From a virus: a stretch of DNA of 64,000 bases. Below are positions 37,912-47,391 of this stretch, in pieces. The notes below the pieces were generated by a model. The model did not search any database, was not told where the DNA came from, and saw nothing but the letters and a program-made list of their open reading frames with translations. Within the stretch, counting starts at the first letter, position 1. Each line of letters starts with the position of its first letter. The position numbers were made by a program, and so were the translations under genes. The stretch is from IMG/VR virus record IMGVR_UViG_3300021420_000014. The stretch is one strand, 5' to 3'.

Positions 37912-38883
37912 ATGACGCAGAAACGAATACTTGTTGCCGGTGGTGGTGGTTTCATCGGTCATTGGCTTATAAAGCGTCTTAAAGCTGACGGTCATTGGGT
38001 CGCCGGCGCGGATATCAAGCGGCCAGAGTTCGAAGGTAGCCCAGCCGATTACTTTCACCTGTTCGATTTGCGCGAATATCGCCATTGCGAATTCGTGACT
38101 AAGGGCATGGACGAGGTCTATCAGCTCGCCGCAAATATGGGTGGCATAGCGTGGATCACATCCCATCTTGCTGATGTAGCCCGTGATAACGTCCTCATTA
38201 ATGTGAACATGCTCGAGGCCGCTCGACAAAATAATGTGAAACGGTATCTCTACACCTCATCGGCTTGCGTGTATCCAAAATGGAGACAGACCAAGACCAA
38301 GATCACGCCGCTGCGAGAAACAGATGTTTCTCCGGCTGACCCGGAAGATGGGTACGGGTGGGAAAAATTATTCTCAGAACAGATGGCTGCGTATTACCGG
38401 AAAGACCACGGGCTCAATGTCAGGATCGTGCGCCTTCACAACGTCTACGGACCTTTGGGAACCTATGACGGTGGCCGCGAAAAATCTCCGGCCGCGATCT
38501 GCAGAAAAGTCGCGCTAGCTAAAGACGGCGATGAGATTGAAATTTGGGGAGACGGAAAACAAACTCGGACATACTTATATATCTCCGATGCAATCGAAGG
38601 TCTCGTCCGGATCATGAATGCTGGCTACGTTCATCCGTTGAATCTTGGAACGGCCGAGCTCGTAACGATCGATGGGCTCGTAGATCTTGTGGCAGGCATC
38701 GCGGGCAAGTCCATCCAAAAAATACATGACACATCCAAGCCTGAGGGAGTGCGAGGGAGAAGTAGCGACAATCTGCGATTGCGCCGAGCCATCTGCTGGG
38801 AGCCGCAAGTAAAATTAGTGGATGGGCTCAAAGAGACGTATGCTTGGATTGCATCACAGGTCTCTCAAAGGGTGTCCGCATGA
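37912..38883 (+). CDS. NAD-dependent nucleotide-sugar epimerase, GDP-mannose 3,5-epimerase-like
   Basis: GGGGFIG, LAANMGG, SSACVYP, YGWEK, GGREKSPAAICRK, EGVRGR. Confidence 0.85.
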   Translation: MTQKRILVAGGGGFIGHWLIKRLKADGHWVAGADIKRPEFEGSPADYFHLFDLREYRHCEFVTKGMDEVYQLAANMGGIAWITSHLADVARDNVLINVNMLEAARQNNVKRYLYTSSACVYPKWRQTKTKITPLRETDVSPADPEDGYGWEKLFSEQMAAYYRKDHGLNVRIVRLHNVYGPLGTYDGGREKSPAAICRKVALAKDGDEIEIWGDGKQTRTYLYISDAIEGLVRIMNAGYVHPLNLGTAELVTIDGLVDLVAGIAGKSIQKIHDTSKPEGVRGRSSDNLRLRRAICWEPQVKLVDGLKETYAWIASQVSQRVSA

Positions 38884-39179
38884 ACGTGCCACAACCCGAT
38901 AAAACTTCGTATTTGGTGCGAGTGGCGATAGCTTTTGATGAAGGCGTTAATGTGCTCTGCTTTGGTAACCTCGACGAAACCATATCCGCGAGAGCTGGCC
39001 GCGCCGCGTTACATGGCAAACTGTGGGGCAAGATTCTTGCTGGTGCGCTCGGATTCTTCTTCAAGAATCACTGTCAACTAGCGGAGTTGCATGATGAACA
39101 GCGAGCGGAATACATCGCATGGCTTGAAAAGCAATCTGATCCTGCCGCACACAAAGTTGCAAGGATGTTAATACGTTGA
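38880..39179 (+). CDS. conserved phage hypothetical protein
   Basis: DETISARAG..NHC motif. Confidence 0.55.
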   Translation: MNVPQPDKTSYLVRVAIAFDEGVNVLCFGNLDETISARAGRAALHGKLWGKILAGALGFFFKNHCQLAELHDEQRAEYIAWLEKQSDPAAHKVARMLIR

Positions 39180-39652
39180 GCCGGCACGGTCGTGCCACGA
39201 TTCCCATAGGCCAATACAAAGGCAGTAAGGTAGCTGCACTACCAGACCAATATTTACTTTGGCTTCTTGAATCCGTCTATGCCAGCAGTCCGAAATGGCA
39301 TTGGCTTATAGAAAGTGTCAAAGCAGAACTGCGCCATCGAGGCTTTCATCCAGACAATGTTGTGCCGGAACCGCCACCTACGTTCAGGATACGGTGCACA
39401 AATTGCGCCCAGCTTTTCGAATCAACCTACCAGCGTCCTGTTTGCGACTCATGCAAGGCTATTATCAGAAGCGGACTTACGACGATCGGTGCTACGCAAA
39501 AATGTGTTCACTGCGGTCACTATCTGCATCCGGATGTGGATTGCAGAGCCCTGGATGCAGCCGGCGATGTTTGTAATTGCTCTAATTCTGAGCCGATTGG
39601 CCTGCCCAAAGTGGCAGACTTTGTGAAGCCGCGGCGTGTGATTTTGCTCTAA
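39176..39652 (+). CDS. DUF3820-like domain + zinc ribbons, C-terminal KPRRVIL tag
   Basis: IPIGQYKG..LPDQYLLWL; CxxC pairs. Confidence 0.65.
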   Translation: MSRHGRATIPIGQYKGSKVAALPDQYLLWLLESVYASSPKWHWLIESVKAELRHRGFHPDNVVPEPPPTFRIRCTNCAQLFESTYQRPVCDSCKAIIRSGLTTIGATQKCVHCGHYLHPDVDCRALDAAGDVCNCSNSEPIGLPKVADFVKPRRVILL

Positions 39653-39667
39653 TAACATTGGCATTAT

Positions 39668-39697
39668 TTGACTTATCTTATGGTTTACCCATACACT
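39668..39697 (+). promoter_or_regulatory. sigma70-type promoter (TTGACT-N18-TACACT)
   Basis: 8 nt before ATG 39706, so near-leaderless. Confidence 0.45.
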
Positions 39698-39705
39698 CCA
39701 GTTAC

Positions 39706-39927
39706 ATGTCTGGTAATAACGGCCCCAAGCCGCTTTTCTCTGCGGAAGACCGCAAAAAAATTATCAATCTTTTATTGTCCGAAAGTATCAACGCAGCGGC
39801 GATCGGCAAACGCTTCGGTGTTTCTGCTCAGACCATTCGGCGCATCCACTGGGAATATCTTTTAACCAACGACAAGCGCATTGCAGATAACGGAGATGTT
39901 CGAAATGGCAGCCAAAAACGCAAATGA
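39706..39927 (+). CDS. small HTH protein
   Basis: NAAAIGKRFGVSAQTIRRI. Confidence 0.6.
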   Translation: MSGNNGPKPLFSAEDRKKIINLLLSESINAAAIGKRFGVSAQTIRRIHWEYLLTNDKRIADNGDVRNGSQKRK

Positions 39928-40537
39928 TTCATTGCTCTCTGACATTGATTTTGAGCCCATCGAGGATATTAAGCCGGACAGAAACAATCCCAACAGGCAT
40001 ACGCCGCGCGGCAAAAAACTTTTGAAGTCTTCACTCAAAAAGTTTGGGGCCGGCCGATCGATATTGCTCGATGCTGAGAATCGCGTGATCTCCGGGAATG
40101 CCACCTTTGAGCAGGCCAGACAGTTGGGCTACAAAAAAGTCATGGTGGTGGACTCTGATGGCGATACGCTGGTTGCCGTACGTCGGAAAGATCTCAATCT
40201 TGAAGGTGACGACAAGAAGGCTAGAGAACTGGCAGCCCATGACAACAGAGTTGGGCAGGTTGACCTGGAATGGGACACCGACATCTTGAAGAGTACGGAC
40301 GTCGACCTAACGGAACTATTTGAACCAATCGAGTTGGACAATCTTCTGAACGACGGCAAGGGCAGAAAGCGAATCGACAAAATCGATCTGCAGCCTCCTC
40401 CCAAGATGATTTGGATCCTTTTGGGCGTTCCATTCAATCGTTTCGATGAAATTCAGCCACACTATCAGGCACTCGAAGCTATCAGCGATATCAGTGTTCA
40501 GCAGGCAAGGAACGCAGAGGAAGAAAAGAAATCTTGA
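39905..40537 (+). CDS. ParB/Srx-like N-terminal domain protein
   Basis: IKPDRNNPNRH..SLKKFGAGRSILLD..ISGN..DNRVG. Confidence 0.75.
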   Translation: MAAKNANDSLLSDIDFEPIEDIKPDRNNPNRHTPRGKKLLKSSLKKFGAGRSILLDAENRVISGNATFEQARQLGYKKVMVVDSDGDTLVAVRRKDLNLEGDDKKARELAAHDNRVGQVDLEWDTDILKSTDVDLTELFEPIELDNLLNDGKGRKRIDKIDLQPPPKMIWILLGVPFNRFDEIQPHYQALEAISDISVQQARNAEEEKKS

Positions 40538-40836
40538 GCGTATATGTCGATGCATCGCTTTATCCACTTGGTCGCATGATCATGTGTCATTTGTTTGCTG
40601 ACACTACGGACGAGCTCAATCGGATGGCAGATGCGATCGGCATCGCCCGCAAGTGGATACAGTATCCCGGTACGCCGAAAGAACATTTCGATATTTCTAA
40701 GTCTAAGCGGGCCTTGGCCATCATGAATGGCGCAATCGAATTAACTTCCGCACGCTCATTGATCGCCATTATTCGCAGGAAAGCTAAGGCATACTCCCTT
40801 CCGTCCGAAGTAACCTTGCCAATCAGCGGTTATTAA
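40534..40836 (+). CDS. DUF4031 protein
   Basis: VYVD..MCHLFADTTDEL..HFDISKSKRALAI. Confidence 0.8.
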   Translation: MSVYVDASLYPLGRMIMCHLFADTTDELNRMADAIGIARKWIQYPGTPKEHFDISKSKRALAIMNGAIELTSARSLIAIIRRKAKAYSLPSEVTLPISGY

Positions 40837-40839
40837 TAG

Positions 40840-40868
40840 TTGACATATCGTACCTACTAAGCTATAAT
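40840..40868 (+). promoter_or_regulatory. consensus sigma70 promoter TTGACA-N17-TATAAT
   Basis: Perfect hexamers; spacer TATCGTACCTACTAAGC related to other promoters here. Confidence 0.9.
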
Positions 40869-40923
40869 GTTGCTGTTAGTGCAAGACCGATCTAAGCACT
40901 AACAAAACTGAGAGGGAGTTCTA

Positions 40924-41253
40924 ATGGGCAATCAAACTACGGTGATCATTCGTAACGATGCAATTGGTGATATCCGCAGAAACCCAGAGGAATTCGTCAA
41001 GACGCTCGCAGAAATGATTGAGCACGGAAGAACTGGAGACTTTGCCGTATTCAGTCACGGCAACCCCGCGCAGGTTATCGAAACTCATCATGCTGACTAC
41101 ACTGTGATCGTCGCGGCTGGCGGCAACACCGCGCGTGTGATTGGCCATGTTTACAAGTGGCATTGGCCAGACAAAATCGCGATGGTGAAGGACGTCATTT
41201 CAAGTATTCATGAATGGCTCGCTGGCCAAATGGACAAAAATGCCACAGCATAA
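40924..41253 (+). CDS. hypothetical protein
   Basis: GAGGGAG SD; first gene after promoter. Confidence 0.6.
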   Translation: MGNQTTVIIRNDAIGDIRRNPEEFVKTLAEMIEHGRTGDFAVFSHGNPAQVIETHHADYTVIVAAGGNTARVIGHVYKWHWPDKIAMVKDVISSIHEWLAGQMDKNATA

Positions 41254-41488
41254 GTCAGTACCGTGCCCTGCCTGCTATGGCCGCGGCAACCTTGGATGCT
41301 GGTTATGCAGTGGAAGCGGCCGTCATGTCACGCAAGCGGATCACAAATACGTTAACGGTTGGGCAGTCATCGGTTACGCTCTTGCGCTGCTCATCATCGT
41401 AGCTGCCGTAGTTATTTATTTGCCGCTGATGGGAGATTGGTTGATTCAACGGTAGTGCCGACCGCGAACGGCGCAAGGGAGAATCGAC

Positions 41489-41821
41489 GTGAATCCTGGC
41501 GTGATCATGACTCTGGTGTGGATGCTGCTAGGGTTGCTGTGGGTATGGATGCAAGACCGAAAAGAGATGCGGAAGCACGTTCCTTACGGCAACATGCCGA
41601 GTATCTTCAGCTTGAAACAAATCCGGACCATGCTGTACACAATGGGAATGATGGTCTGTGCGCCGCTCGCAATTATCGGGCCACCATTGCAAATTTATAT
41701 TACGATTCGACGGGCACTCTTGGTCAGAGAACTCAAGAAGCTGCGCCGCGACACCACAAACGGGCGCTGGATGTACGTTAACATGAGGCGCTTTATGCTA
41801 CGGGATAAGAAGGCCAAATAA
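41489..41821 (+). CDS. membrane hypothetical protein
   Basis: GGGGAG SD + GTG; two hydrophobic segments. Confidence 0.45.
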   Translation: MNPGVIMTLVWMLLGLLWVWMQDRKEMRKHVPYGNMPSIFSLKQIRTMLYTMGMMVCAPLAIIGPPLQIYITIRRALLVRELKKLRRDTTNGRWMYVNMRRFMLRDKKAK

Positions 41822-41872
41822 CGGCAGCGATTAGCCGCAAATAAATCGCAAAACCAAAAGGGAGAATCAAAA

Positions 41873-43459
41873 ATGCAAACTTCGTTTTTAGAGCGTTTTC
41901 GTGCTGCTCGTAGAGTTAGTACCCCGCTCATTGCAATTCGCACGGCGGATCCTGCCGCAACGGTCGCCGATATCGCCAGAGATAAGGCTCAGGTTGCGGC
42001 CATGATCCTGTGGGATTCCGTCTCAGGCATAGTGGGCGTCAACGAACCGGACGGTAAAAACGTCGTCCGGCAACTGGTAAAACCAAACCGTGACCGTGAT
42101 AACGATGAAGATCGTCTGGAAGATCCTTTGGCTTTCCTTGTGAAGATAGCTGCGAAGGAAGCAACCCCGAGAGGCACTATAATCTTTGCATACAACCTGA
42201 ATCTCTTCTTTAACGATCATCGCGTCATACAGGCGGTTTGGAACCTTCGCGATAAACTCAAACAGGAAAATAAGACTTTGGTCCTGCTTTGCCCGTCCAT
42301 CACTTTGCCTCCGCAGCTGGCGCAAGATGTATTGATTCTGGACGAACCACTTCCGGACGCGGCTGGCCTGGCAGCTATTGTGGGCGAAATGTATTTGGCA
42401 GGAAATCTTCCATCGCCGAAACAGGAAATCCTTGAACGTGCCGTCGAAGCACTCTCCGGCCTCGCAGCTTTTCCCGCAGAGCAGGTTACGGCCATGAGCA
42501 TCACCGAAAAGGGCCTTGATATTGAAAGCTTATGGGAACGCAAACGCCAGCAAATCGAAATGACGCCTGGCCTGAGCATCTGGCGCGGCAAGGATGACTT
42601 CAAGAGCGTTGTCGGGCTCGATAACGCCAAGGAATTTCATCGCCGTCGCGGCATGGGGCCTTTGCGGCGTCGCACCATCGTATTCATTGACGAGATCGAC
42701 AAGCATATGTCCAATTTTGGCGCGATCGGCACCGGAGATACCACAACCGAAATGGTTGGCACTCTTCTGACAGACATGGAAGAAACCGAAGCAGAAGGGA
42801 GTGCGTTCCTCGGCGTCGCTGGAGCCGGCAAAACATTACTTGCTAAAGCGATTGCCAATGAGTGGGGGGTCCCGTTGATCTTCTTCGATCTGGCCGGCAT
42901 GAAAGCTTCGCACGTCGGCCAATCGGGCGAGAACATTCGCAATGCCCTGAAGGTGGTCCATGCCGTAAGTCAGGATCAGGTGTACTACATCTGTACGTGT
43001 AATAGATTCGATTCGTTGCCGCCGGAGATGCGACGCAGGTTTAGATCTGGCACGTTCTTTTTCGATCTGCCGACCAAACCGGAAAAAGAGGCGGCTTGGA
43101 AAATCTACCAGGAGAAATACAAGATAGAGGGACCGCGGCCAGACGATTTAGGCTGGACCGCTGCAGAAATCCGCAATTGCTGCTATAACGCGCATGTCTT
43201 GGCATGTCCGCTAGTGGACGCGGCCAAGTATATCGTGCCCATTTCCGTTTCCTCTGCGGATAAGATCAAGGATCTTAGACGACAGGCAGATGGAAACTTT
43301 ATTTCTGCCACCTACTCCGGTCTATATCATGCGCCGGAAGGTATCGAACCTGAGCCAGTACCAGATATGGTTGTAGCGATCGGAGTCATTCCAGCCAAGC
43401 CGAGACGCAAGATCATGCCTGAACCTGGTAACGGCGGCAAAAAAGAGCAGGTGAATTAA
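41873..43459 (+). CDS. Ycf46-like AAA+ ATPase with permuted Walker B/Walker A order
   Basis: IVFIDEIDK at 42677 precedes GVAGAGKT at 42812; TCN..LPPEMRRRF..FFFDLP; C-terminal KPRRKI. Confidence 0.85.
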   Translation: MQTSFLERFRAARRVSTPLIAIRTADPAATVADIARDKAQVAAMILWDSVSGIVGVNEPDGKNVVRQLVKPNRDRDNDEDRLEDPLAFLVKIAAKEATPRGTIIFAYNLNLFFNDHRVIQAVWNLRDKLKQENKTLVLLCPSITLPPQLAQDVLILDEPLPDAAGLAAIVGEMYLAGNLPSPKQEILERAVEALSGLAAFPAEQVTAMSITEKGLDIESLWERKRQQIEMTPGLSIWRGKDDFKSVVGLDNAKEFHRRRGMGPLRRRTIVFIDEIDKHMSNFGAIGTGDTTTEMVGTLLTDMEETEAEGSAFLGVAGAGKTLLAKAIANEWGVPLIFFDLAGMKASHVGQSGENIRNALKVVHAVSQDQVYYICTCNRFDSLPPEMRRRFRSGTFFFDLPTKPEKEAAWKIYQEKYKIEGPRPDDLGWTAAEIRNCCYNAHVLACPLVDAAKYIVPISVSSADKIKDLRRQADGNFISATYSGLYHAPEGIEPEPVPDMVVAIGVIPAKPRRKIMPEPGNGGKKEQVN

Positions 43460-43755
43460 TGGCGCGCGCGTTCCTTCATCAATGGGAAGTTCGGAGCCAT
43501 ACAGGTGATGATGTTTATAAGGTGACCGAGTACTTAGACGGCACATGGGCCTGCGCATGTCCACGGTGGAAGTTTTGCAAAGCCCCAAAACTGGATTGTA
43601 AACATATCCTTGGCGTCAAGGCCGAAGAACCACATCAGGCAATGCCGATCACGCAGATGCAGGAACAGGCACGGCGACAGATGATACGGCCACCTGAGCC
43701 TACATCGCATCCCGTGTTTGTTTTGCAAACTCGTCGTGTCATTCAATTGGGTTGA
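43459..43755 (+). CDS. SWIM zinc-finger protein 1
   Basis: YKV..WACACP..CKHI; ends QTRRVIQLG. Confidence 0.8.
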   Translation: MARAFLHQWEVRSHTGDDVYKVTEYLDGTWACACPRWKFCKAPKLDCKHILGVKAEEPHQAMPITQMQEQARRQMIRPPEPTSHPVFVLQTRRVIQLG

Positions 43756-43761
43756 CCAAAA

Positions 43762-44142
43762 ATGATTACAAAAGCGTGGAGGTATCCGAACGGCACGATT
43801 GAATTTGGTATTGTAACTCTTCGTGGCCCAGCCAATTTAGTTCGCGCTAACCAAGATGGTACTTGGCAATGCGATTGCTCAGGCGATCCACCAAAAATCT
43901 GGACACCGACCGCAAAGTTCGGTCCAGGTCATCCTTGGATAAAGCCGGCGTGTGAACACATTGCGGAGGCGTTTGTGCATCACCGGAAAGGAGAAGGCAG
44001 GAGAGAACAACTCACAGCGGAAGCTAAGCACAGCGCGGAAGTAAAGAAACAGTATGACGAGGAAATGAAGATCAGACGTGAAAAAGACGACACACCGATG
44101 GCGGAATTACGGCCAAGAAGAAAAATCACATTCGACAAATGA
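43762..44142 (+). CDS. SWIM zinc-finger protein 2
   Basis: WQCDC..CEHI; ends LRPRRKITFDK. Confidence 0.7.
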   Translation: MITKAWRYPNGTIEFGIVTLRGPANLVRANQDGTWQCDCSGDPPKIWTPTAKFGPGHPWIKPACEHIAEAFVHHRKGEGRREQLTAEAKHSAEVKKQYDEEMKIRREKDDTPMAELRPRRKITFDK

Positions 44143-44158
44143 AAGAGAGGGTAGCTAT

Positions 44159-44563
44159 ACGAGTCACACCTCGGACATAGAATTAGAAGTCACGGACATC
44201 AACTGCCTAGAGGATGCCGTAAAAAGCATCCCTGGGCTGGAATTCCTGCGCGGCCAAAAAACGTTCAAGCAGTTTGGTGGCCAGCAAGGTCGCTGCGATC
44301 ATGCAATTCGCGTAGCAAATAACAGCCGTGCGTTTGAAATAGGGGTCTCCGAGACAGGCAGGCCTGGTCGCCACAGATTGCAAACCGATTTTTATGGTGG
44401 CGGTTACGGGCTCGAAGAACTTGTTGGTCCAAACGCTAACAAACTGAAGCAAGCATACACCGTCGCCTATTCCAAGAAGCAATGGAAGAAGAAAGGCTTC
44501 AAGGTTCGAACAACGGTCGACGCGCAAGGCTTTATCGACGTCATAGCCACGCGACGAACATAA
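44159..44563 (+). CDS. DUF1257/Ycf35-like protein (proposed ACG start)
   Basis: (M)SHTSDIELEVTDINCLEDAV..LKQAY..GF; GAGGG SD before ACG. Confidence 0.75.
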   Translation, partial: TSHTSDIELEVTDINCLEDAVKSIPGLEFLRGQKTFKQFGGQQGRCDHAIRVANNSRAFEIGVSETGRPGRHRLQTDFYGGGYGLEELVGPNANKLKQAYTVAYSKKQWKKKGFKVRTTVDAQGFIDVIATRRT

Positions 44564-44581
44564 GTTGCGAGGTGACTTAAG

Positions 44582-44965
44582 TTGGTCTACACAATTTCTC
44601 CGCTTGAGTTCGGCGAACGCCGCGATATCCGCGGGAGACGCATTCCTATCTATGTAGATGCCGATGGGCAGATAGGATGGACGCTTTGTAGCGGTGGAGC
44701 AGCGTTTCGTGTTTTGCGCACTGCCGATCACATGTGGATTTGCAATTGTCCGAACGGACAGGTGAACGGTCGTCGAATAGTTGGCGATCCAGTATGCGAT
44801 CACATAACGACGGTTCCTCAGAGTCCTGCGTACGCAAATAGTGAATATCTAAATCAGCTCGACGGTCTGATTCGAACTGAACAACAGATCGTCTCTCGAA
44901 ATGAGGCACGAAAGGAACGAGAAGAATACGTTCTACGGCCACGACGAATAATAAATCTCAAATAA
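44582..44965 (+). CDS. SWIM zinc-finger protein 3
   Basis: WICNCP..CDHI; ends LRPRRIINLK; GAGGTG SD + TTG. Confidence 0.7.
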   Translation: MVYTISPLEFGERRDIRGRRIPIYVDADGQIGWTLCSGGAAFRVLRTADHMWICNCPNGQVNGRRIVGDPVCDHITTVPQSPAYANSEYLNQLDGLIRTEQQIVSRNEARKEREEYVLRPRRIINLK

Positions 44966-44974
44966 GGAGATCAC

Positions 44975-45169
44975 ATGGCAGAGGAAATCGTACGAATCCG
45001 CGTTTCGCCCGAAGGCAACGCGACTATCAGCGTCAAGGGCGTGAAGGGAAGATCATGCAAGGAACTCACAAAGACTTTTGAAGAAGGCCTTGGAAAGGTG
45101 GTGAGCAGTGAAAACACAAGCGAAATGTATGAAAAAGAAACAGAGGTTCAGATTAAGAATAGGGCCTGA
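44975..45169 (+). CDS. DUF2997 protein
   Basis: IRVSPEGNATISVKGVKGRSCKELTKTFEEGLG..TSEMY. Confidence 0.85.
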   Translation: MAEEIVRIRVSPEGNATISVKGVKGRSCKELTKTFEEGLGKVVSSENTSEMYEKETEVQIKNRA

Positions 45170-45174
45170 CGCGG

Positions 45175-45508
45175 ATGCCTACTAAGCCAGTATTAGTTTG
45201 TTGACCTTAGACCAAAACGCTGCGACGAACTCATCCAAGGTTACCTAACGGCTGTTGGCCATACCTGCGATACGCCATTGTGCATTCAGCCTGAGCACCT
45301 TATTGAAGGTACTCAGAAGGAAAATATACATGATTGTGTAGTACGCGGGCGGGCCAGGAACGGCAACATTAAATTAACTCCAGAGAAGTGGGACGCAATT
45401 AGAAAATCGACAAAATCTCACACAGCCATAGCCAAAGAATACGGAATCAGTCGTCACCAAGTCGGCAGAATAAAGCGAGGAGAAAGCGGGAGGGTTTATA
45501 ACCCATGA
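45175..45508 (+). pseudogene. truncated/frameshifted HNH endonuclease
   Basis: HTCDTPLCIQPEHLIEGTQKEN + HTH; in-frame TAG at 45194; ATG 45175 is out of frame. Confidence 0.55.
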
Positions 45509-45777
45509 CTACGTATCGTATGCGCATCGCTCCGAATGGAAAGATCTTTGCACTCTACGATGACATCTTGGCCGATCTATTCCCTGACAGCCAAATGACT
45601 ATCAAGCGGGCTAGCTTCGTTGAGCCCACGCCATCCGGCCGATGGATTGCAGACATGTCGCCAGCGGTCAAGCGATTCAACTTGAACGTCGATAACCCGA
45701 TATTAGGACCTTTCACCACTAGATCGGCAGCGCTAGCTGCCGAACATAAGTGGTTGTTAGCCAAGTTGTTTACATGA
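45505..45777 (+). CDS. small conserved protein of AAA/DUF1257/DUF2997 clusters
   Basis: IKRASFVEP..GRWIADMSP..LGPFTTRSAALAAE. Confidence 0.65.
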   Translation: MTTYRMRIAPNGKIFALYDDILADLFPDSQMTIKRASFVEPTPSGRWIADMSPAVKRFNLNVDNPILGPFTTRSAALAAEHKWLLAKLFT

Positions 45778-45874
45778 TTTCGCGTGAGCGAAACGGCGGA
45801 CACAACCAAATCCGATCTGAAGCCCAGGCCCCAAGGTAGTGTCCGCCGATTTGAAGCAAAAGGGAGAATCAAAA

Positions 45875-46957
45875 ATGAGATCAGCACAACGTAGTGCAAT
45901 CCAGAAGTCAGCAGCACAGAAGGCTTGGGAGACTCGCAAGAGGAACCGCAGCAATCCGCCACTGCCGCCAAAAAAGACAATTAAACTGCAACCATTGCCG
46001 GCGATCAAATTGCCGACGAATCCGGAACTTGTTTCGCCCGATCAGATCATGGCGCGCACCTGCGTTATGGTCCTCACTTTCCATGGCATCGGCAATCGCC
46101 GCAAGGTGGACACTGACAACATAGAAGTCAAGTCAAGTGACAAGCGCGCCGCAGCCAAAGAAAGCGAAGTGGACAAGGCGTGGTTACACCTGACGAAGCG
46201 GCTGATCGAAGCGGAAGAACTAGACAAGATCACGTCCAGCTACGGTGAGATGCGCCGGTACGTTGAGAACTTGGCTTTGCCGTCGTACATTAAGCGCGGC
46301 GTATACATCATGCCGACCGCATTCGTGATGCAAGTGGACGCCAAACTCAAGGAAGGCACTGCGACCGTTCAACCATTCATCAAATCGCTCGGCAAACGCT
46401 ACGAAGCCATCAAAGCAGAATCTCAAAAGAGGCTCGGTCCCCAATATAACGAGGCCGACTACATGACCAGAGAACAACTGATGGCTGCCTTTCAAGTGTC
46501 GTGGCGGTTCCTTTACGTGGATAGCGCACCGAACTTGGCCGGTGTATCAAAGGAAATCTACGAAGAGGAACGCCGAAAAGCGCAGCAAGATTGGGCAGAT
46601 CTCGCCCAAGTTCACAGACAGATGCTTCGCAGCCACATGTCGGAGTTCGTCAATCACTTGGCAGATAGGCTTGCGCCCAACGAAGAAGGCCGGCTCAAAA
46701 TGTTCAAAGAAGGCTCTGTCACGAAGTTCCAGCAGTTTTTGGAAAACTTCGAGCCACGCAATATCGGCAACGATCTTCAAATGAAGGTTCTTGTCGATCG
46801 GGCAAAACAGTTGCTCACCGGCAACGACGCCGAGTCTTTGCGAACCAACGACGAACTGCGGGCACATGTAAGGCAAGGTTTTGAAAACATCAAAGCCGCC
46901 CTAGACACGATGGTTGTTTTGAAACCGCGACGGATCATTACATTTGACAGATCGTAG
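45875..46957 (+). CDS. DUF3150-like helical protein with C-terminal KPRRIITF tag
   Basis: CAAAAGGGAGAATCAAAAATG start context; ALP..GVYIMP, YNEADY; cluster context. Confidence 0.65.
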   Translation: MRSAQRSAIQKSAAQKAWETRKRNRSNPPLPPKKTIKLQPLPAIKLPTNPELVSPDQIMARTCVMVLTFHGIGNRRKVDTDNIEVKSSDKRAAAKESEVDKAWLHLTKRLIEAEELDKITSSYGEMRRYVENLALPSYIKRGVYIMPTAFVMQVDAKLKEGTATVQPFIKSLGKRYEAIKAESQKRLGPQYNEADYMTREQLMAAFQVSWRFLYVDSAPNLAGVSKEIYEEERRKAQQDWADLAQVHRQMLRSHMSEFVNHLADRLAPNEEGRLKMFKEGSVTKFQQFLENFEPRNIGNDLQMKVLVDRAKQLLTGNDAESLRTNDELRAHVRQGFENIKAALDTMVVLKPRRIITFDRS

Positions 46958-46972
46958 CAAGTAACATACAAT
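46944..46972 (+). promoter_or_regulatory. sigma70 promoter TTGACA-N17-TACAAT overlapping end of upstream gene
   Basis: TTGACAGATCGTAGC identical to 63000. Confidence 0.75.
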
Positions 46973-46988
46973 AAGAGAGTGTAGAGCC

Positions 46989-47369
46989 ATGAGAAAGCCG
47001 GAGCCATTTGCCAAAGTAAAAGTGGGGCCGGGCCAACCGGCCCCGCGGCGTTTTAAGACACTGGTGGATGGCAGTGAATTGGTTGCTTTGTACAACGAGT
47101 CGAATACGATGTGGGACATTTATCTGGATGGCTATCGAATCGGATATGTCAAACACAGAATGGAGTGGCTGGCACTCCTTCAGTTGGGGGCACGATTTAA
47201 TCATCGCGTGATTGGCAAATTTGTGCGATGGCAGGATGCGGTCAATCACGTAATCACCACATTTCTGGCTCATCGGGCAAATTGGTCGGCCAGTAAGGCT
47301 CACCTATTTTTTAGCAAGGCTGTGAAGTTAGAAGATGTCGAGCAGGAACAGGTACCGCGACGCCGCTAA
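46989..47369 (+). CDS. hypothetical protein
   Basis: First ORF after promoter. Confidence 0.5.
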   Translation: MRKPEPFAKVKVGPGQPAPRRFKTLVDGSELVALYNESNTMWDIYLDGYRIGYVKHRMEWLALLQLGARFNHRVIGKFVRWQDAVNHVITTFLAHRANWSASKAHLFFSKAVKLEDVEQEQVPRRR

Positions 47370-47391
47370 GTTCGCAAAAGGGAGAATCGAA

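Noticed and set aside
34590-47369. Partial tag look-alikes (HerA SRRIIEE, DUF1257 ATRRT*, 46989 VPRRR*)
   Set aside because: They lack the full motif, so they were not counted among the eight.
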